DNA of 48,251 bases from Hadesarchaea archaeon (lineage in GTDB: Archaea; Hadarchaeota; Hadarchaeia; Hadarchaeales; WYZ-LMO6). Numbering within the stretch: position 1 is the first letter of the stretch; each line of letters begins with the position of its first letter. Shown here in pieces: positions 45,984-48,251 of this stretch. The translations under genes and the position numbers were made by a program. Below the pieces are notes generated by a model. The model was not told the DNA's origin and ran no database searches. It saw only the letters and a program-made list of their open reading frames with translations. The stretch spans positions 1 through 48,251 of the forward strand of contig JAPDJF010000019.1 in NCBI GenBank assembly GCA_029259185.1, in the 5' to 3' direction.

Positions 45984-46808
45984 TTATTTTCCCTTCCACT
46001 GGGGCTGTCTCTTCTCCATGAAGGCCATTATTCCTTCTTGGAAGTCCTCGGTTTGGGTCAAGAAGTTAACAGCCTCCTCCTCCAACTTCAGCCCAGACTT
46101 GAGATCCATCTCGATACCCTGGTTCATCACGGCTTTGGCTCTTCTCAACGCAAGCGGCGCCTTGCTCGCCAACTTTTTGGCGAACTCCATCGTCGTCTCC
46201 TCAAGCTTCTCCATGGGCACACAGACATCTACCATACCCATTCGCTCCGCCTCTTTAGCGCTTACCCGCTCGCCGGTGAAGATCAACATCTTCGCCCGGC
46301 TCAGTCCGATCCTCCTGGGAAGTCTCTGAGTCCCCCCCCATCCGGGGATGAACCCACGATCGATTTCCGGTTGGCCAAGCTCAGAATTCTCTGACGCGAA
46401 TATGAAGTCACACGCCAGTGCCAGTTCGTTCCCCCCGCCCAGCGCGAAACCGTTCACCATCGCTATCACGGGTTTCTCGTATTCTTGGATGTAATCTGTG
46501 AGAGAGAACGGCAAAGGTGCGGCTTCTGCCATGTCCCAGCCTGCCGAGAACGCGTACCTGATTTCCTTCTTTCCCTCCTTCTCCCTTATCCGTGGTGCCC
46601 CCGTTATGACGACAGCGCCTATGCTGTTGTCGTTCTTTATTTCCTCCATAGCATCCCTCACTTCGGTCGCTAGGGTTGCGTTTATCGCGTTCATTCGCTC
46701 GGGCCTGTTCAAAGTGATTTTTGCTACCCCGTCCTTCTTCTCCACCACAATCGTCTCGTACGCCAATTTTTCACCTTTTTCCTTTGAATTCATCTTATTT
46801 AACTTCAC
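45984..46808 (-). CDS. Enoyl-CoA hydratase/crotonase
   Basis: ITLNRPERMNA, AFSAGWD, KPVIAMVNGFALGGGNELALACD, QPEI and PGWGGTQRL; start probably a few codons later. Confidence 0.95.
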   Translation of the reverse strand: MKLNKMNSKEKGEKLAYETIVVEKKDGVAKITLNRPERMNAINATLATEVRDAMEEIKNDNSIGAVVITGAPRIREKEGKKEIRYAFSAGWDMAEAAPLPFSLTDYIQEYEKPVIAMVNGFALGGGNELALACDFIFASENSELGQPEIDRGFIPGWGGTQRLPRRIGLSRAKMLIFTGERVSAKEAERMGMVDVCVPMEKLEETTMEFAKKLASKAPLALRRAKAVMNQGIEMDLKSGLKLEEEAVNFLTQTEDFQEGIMAFMEKRQPQWKGK

Positions 46809-46878
46809 CGCCAGAAGTCGGGTTCAAGAAAGCGGAGCGGATTTCGAGCTGAAGAAAAAAATAGGGCTGAGGGTGAGC

Positions 46879-48063
46879 TCAGTACGAGTAGAATCCCTTC
46901 TTGGTTTTCTGGCCGAGCTCTCCCCTCTGAACCATTTCCTCAAGCAACGGACTGGGCTTGTAGAAAGGTCCGTACTTCGCGGAGATCTCCTTAAGTTTGG
47001 AAACCACCACATCTATGCCCAGAGAATCCGCTAGCTCCAAATAACCCATCGGCATGTTGAACCCGAGCCTCATCGCCTTGTCTATGTCCTCTTTTGTTGC
47101 GACATCGTTCCTGAGGAGTTCTGCCGCCATGTTCGCCCCGACGTAAACCGGGATCATTGGATCGAATTTTTCCGCCTTCTCGAACGGTAGATCCAGCGGA
47201 ACCCACTTCTTATCCGGATACGTGTAGAAACCTTTCCCCGTCTTAACCCCGAGTTCACCATTCTTAAACTTCTCCTCGATCAAAGGACAAGCCTTGAACC
47301 CAGGCTCTCTCTCCTCCATGAACTTGAGAACGTGGTAGACTATGTCTATTCCCGTGTAATCCAAGAGTCCGAACATACCCATCGGCATCCCCGCCTTGTG
47401 GATCATCGCAGCATCCACCTCCTCGACAGTGTACTCCCCATTGTATACCATCCAGTAAACCAAGTTCGATCCAGCAACCGAACATCGATTCGCTATGAAA
47501 CCGGGGACATCCTTGTTAACCATTACCGGATCCTTTCCGAATTTCTGTGCGAGCTCAGCCGTGGCCTTGGCGACCTCATCACTAGTCTTATCGCCCTTGA
47601 CCACCTCCACCAAACGCATGATCTGGGGGGGGTTGAAGAAATGCATCCCCACAACCCTCTCGGGTCTTGCGGTCGCTGCTGCGATCTCAGAGATCGGGAG
47701 AGCACTCGTGTTGCTCGCCAAGATCGCGTGCTCGGGGACGTTAGCATCGACTTCCTTAAAAGTTTCTCTCTTCAAGTCAAGCTTCTCCGGAATCGCTTCT
47801 ATGACGAAGTCCACATCCTTTACCGCATCCGCGAGTGGAACGAAAGATTTGATCCGACCCAAGGCTGCGTTCGCATCCTCCTGGCTTATCCTCCCTTTTT
47901 GAGTCAATTTGTCCAAACTCCACTTTATCTTATCGATCCCTGCTTGGATGAACTCTTCCTTGATATCACGCAGGTGGACATCAAATCCCGCCATCGCAGC
48001 GACTTGAGCTATTCCGTGACCCATTGCTCCTGCCCCTAGAACAGCTATCTTCTTTACCTCCAC
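46879..48063 (-). CDS. 3-hydroxyacyl-CoA dehydrogenase (duplicated C-terminal domain)
   Basis: VLGAGAMGHGIA, IEAIPEKLDLK, ASNTS, GMHFFNP, PGFIANR and two LG.KT.KGFY motifs; GTG 48063 follows GGTGAT (ORF track start 48099). Confidence 0.95.
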   Translation of the reverse strand: MEVKKIAVLGAGAMGHGIAQVAAMAGFDVHLRDIKEEFIQAGIDKIKWSLDKLTQKGRISQEDANAALGRIKSFVPLADAVKDVDFVIEAIPEKLDLKRETFKEVDANVPEHAILASNTSALPISEIAAATARPERVVGMHFFNPPQIMRLVEVVKGDKTSDEVAKATAELAQKFGKDPVMVNKDVPGFIANRCSVAGSNLVYWMVYNGEYTVEEVDAAMIHKAGMPMGMFGLLDYTGIDIVYHVLKFMEEREPGFKACPLIEEKFKNGELGVKTGKGFYTYPDKKWVPLDLPFEKAEKFDPMIPVYVGANMAAELLRNDVATKEDIDKAMRLGFNMPMGYLELADSLGIDVVVSKLKEISAKYGPFYKPSPLLEEMVQRGELGQKTKKGFYSY

Positions 48064-48123
48064 TCGATCACCTCTTTTTTTTTGAACTACTTCGGACAAC
48101 CTCTATAAATATTTTTTACCAAG

Positions 48124-48146
48124 CGGTTCTGTTGCGTAATCGGGAG
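48124..48146. repeat. Terminal inverted repeat (left end), IS6-family-like
   Basis: CGGTTCTGTTGCGTAATCGGGAG, exact reverse complement of 106-128. Confidence 0.85.
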
Positions 48147-48158
48147 TTTTTATATAGG
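48147..48158 (+). promoter_or_regulatory. TATA box inside the element left end
   Basis: TTTTTATATA about 25-30 nt upstream of ATG 48180. Confidence 0.55.
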
Positions 48159-48179
48159 TTAGTATCTATACCTATACTG

Positions 48180-48251
48180 ATGGGCAGAGTGGTTGCGCTG
48201 AAGGGCATCCGCATCGGTTACGAGCCCAACACCGAAGTTGGAGAACTCATC
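48180..48251 (+). CDS. Probable TnpB-like protein N-terminus (3' truncated by window)
   Basis: MGRVVALKGIRIGYEPNTEVGELI... resembles archaeal TnpB N-termini and lies directly inside the left TIR; only 24 codons visible. Confidence 0.5.
   Translation, partial: MGRVVALKGIRIGYEPNTEVGELI

Noticed and set aside
1-48251. tRNA or rRNA genes, provirus
   Set aside because: No cloverleaf or rRNA-like segments were recognised, and no capsid, terminase or integrase genes were found.

Overview
Archaeal chromosomal segment; the gene content suggests a Hadarchaeota-like lineage, which is inference only. The core (about 4.7-38.2 kb) is a large archaeal type IV pilus-like locus. It has a TadC/ArlJ-type platform, a VirB11/ArlI-type ATPase, MinD and KaiC/ArlH-like ATPases, 13 pilin-like genes and a 977-aa adhesin. 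Several pilins carry inserted lectin, PQQ-propeller or DUF2341-like domains, and the adhesin appears to be built from nested domains. Interleaved with these is an unexpected modification toolkit: two tandem radical SAM enzymes, a GT2, a geranylgeranyl reductase, three UbiA prenyltransferases and three paralogs of an unknown membrane protein. Several paralog pairs share near-identical 63-321 bp patches, and the secreted proteins are strongly enriched in the dipeptide EN. The flanks carry fatty-acid/lipid genes (two SCP2 proteins, acyl-CoA ligases, crotonase, 3-hydroxyacyl-CoA dehydrogenase), an MFS and an ABC system. The window begins in the C-terminus of a TnpB-like gene and ends in a probable TnpB N-terminus. 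Both are bounded by a perfect 23-bp inverted repeat resembling IS6-family termini, and further TnpB remnants lie inside the window.
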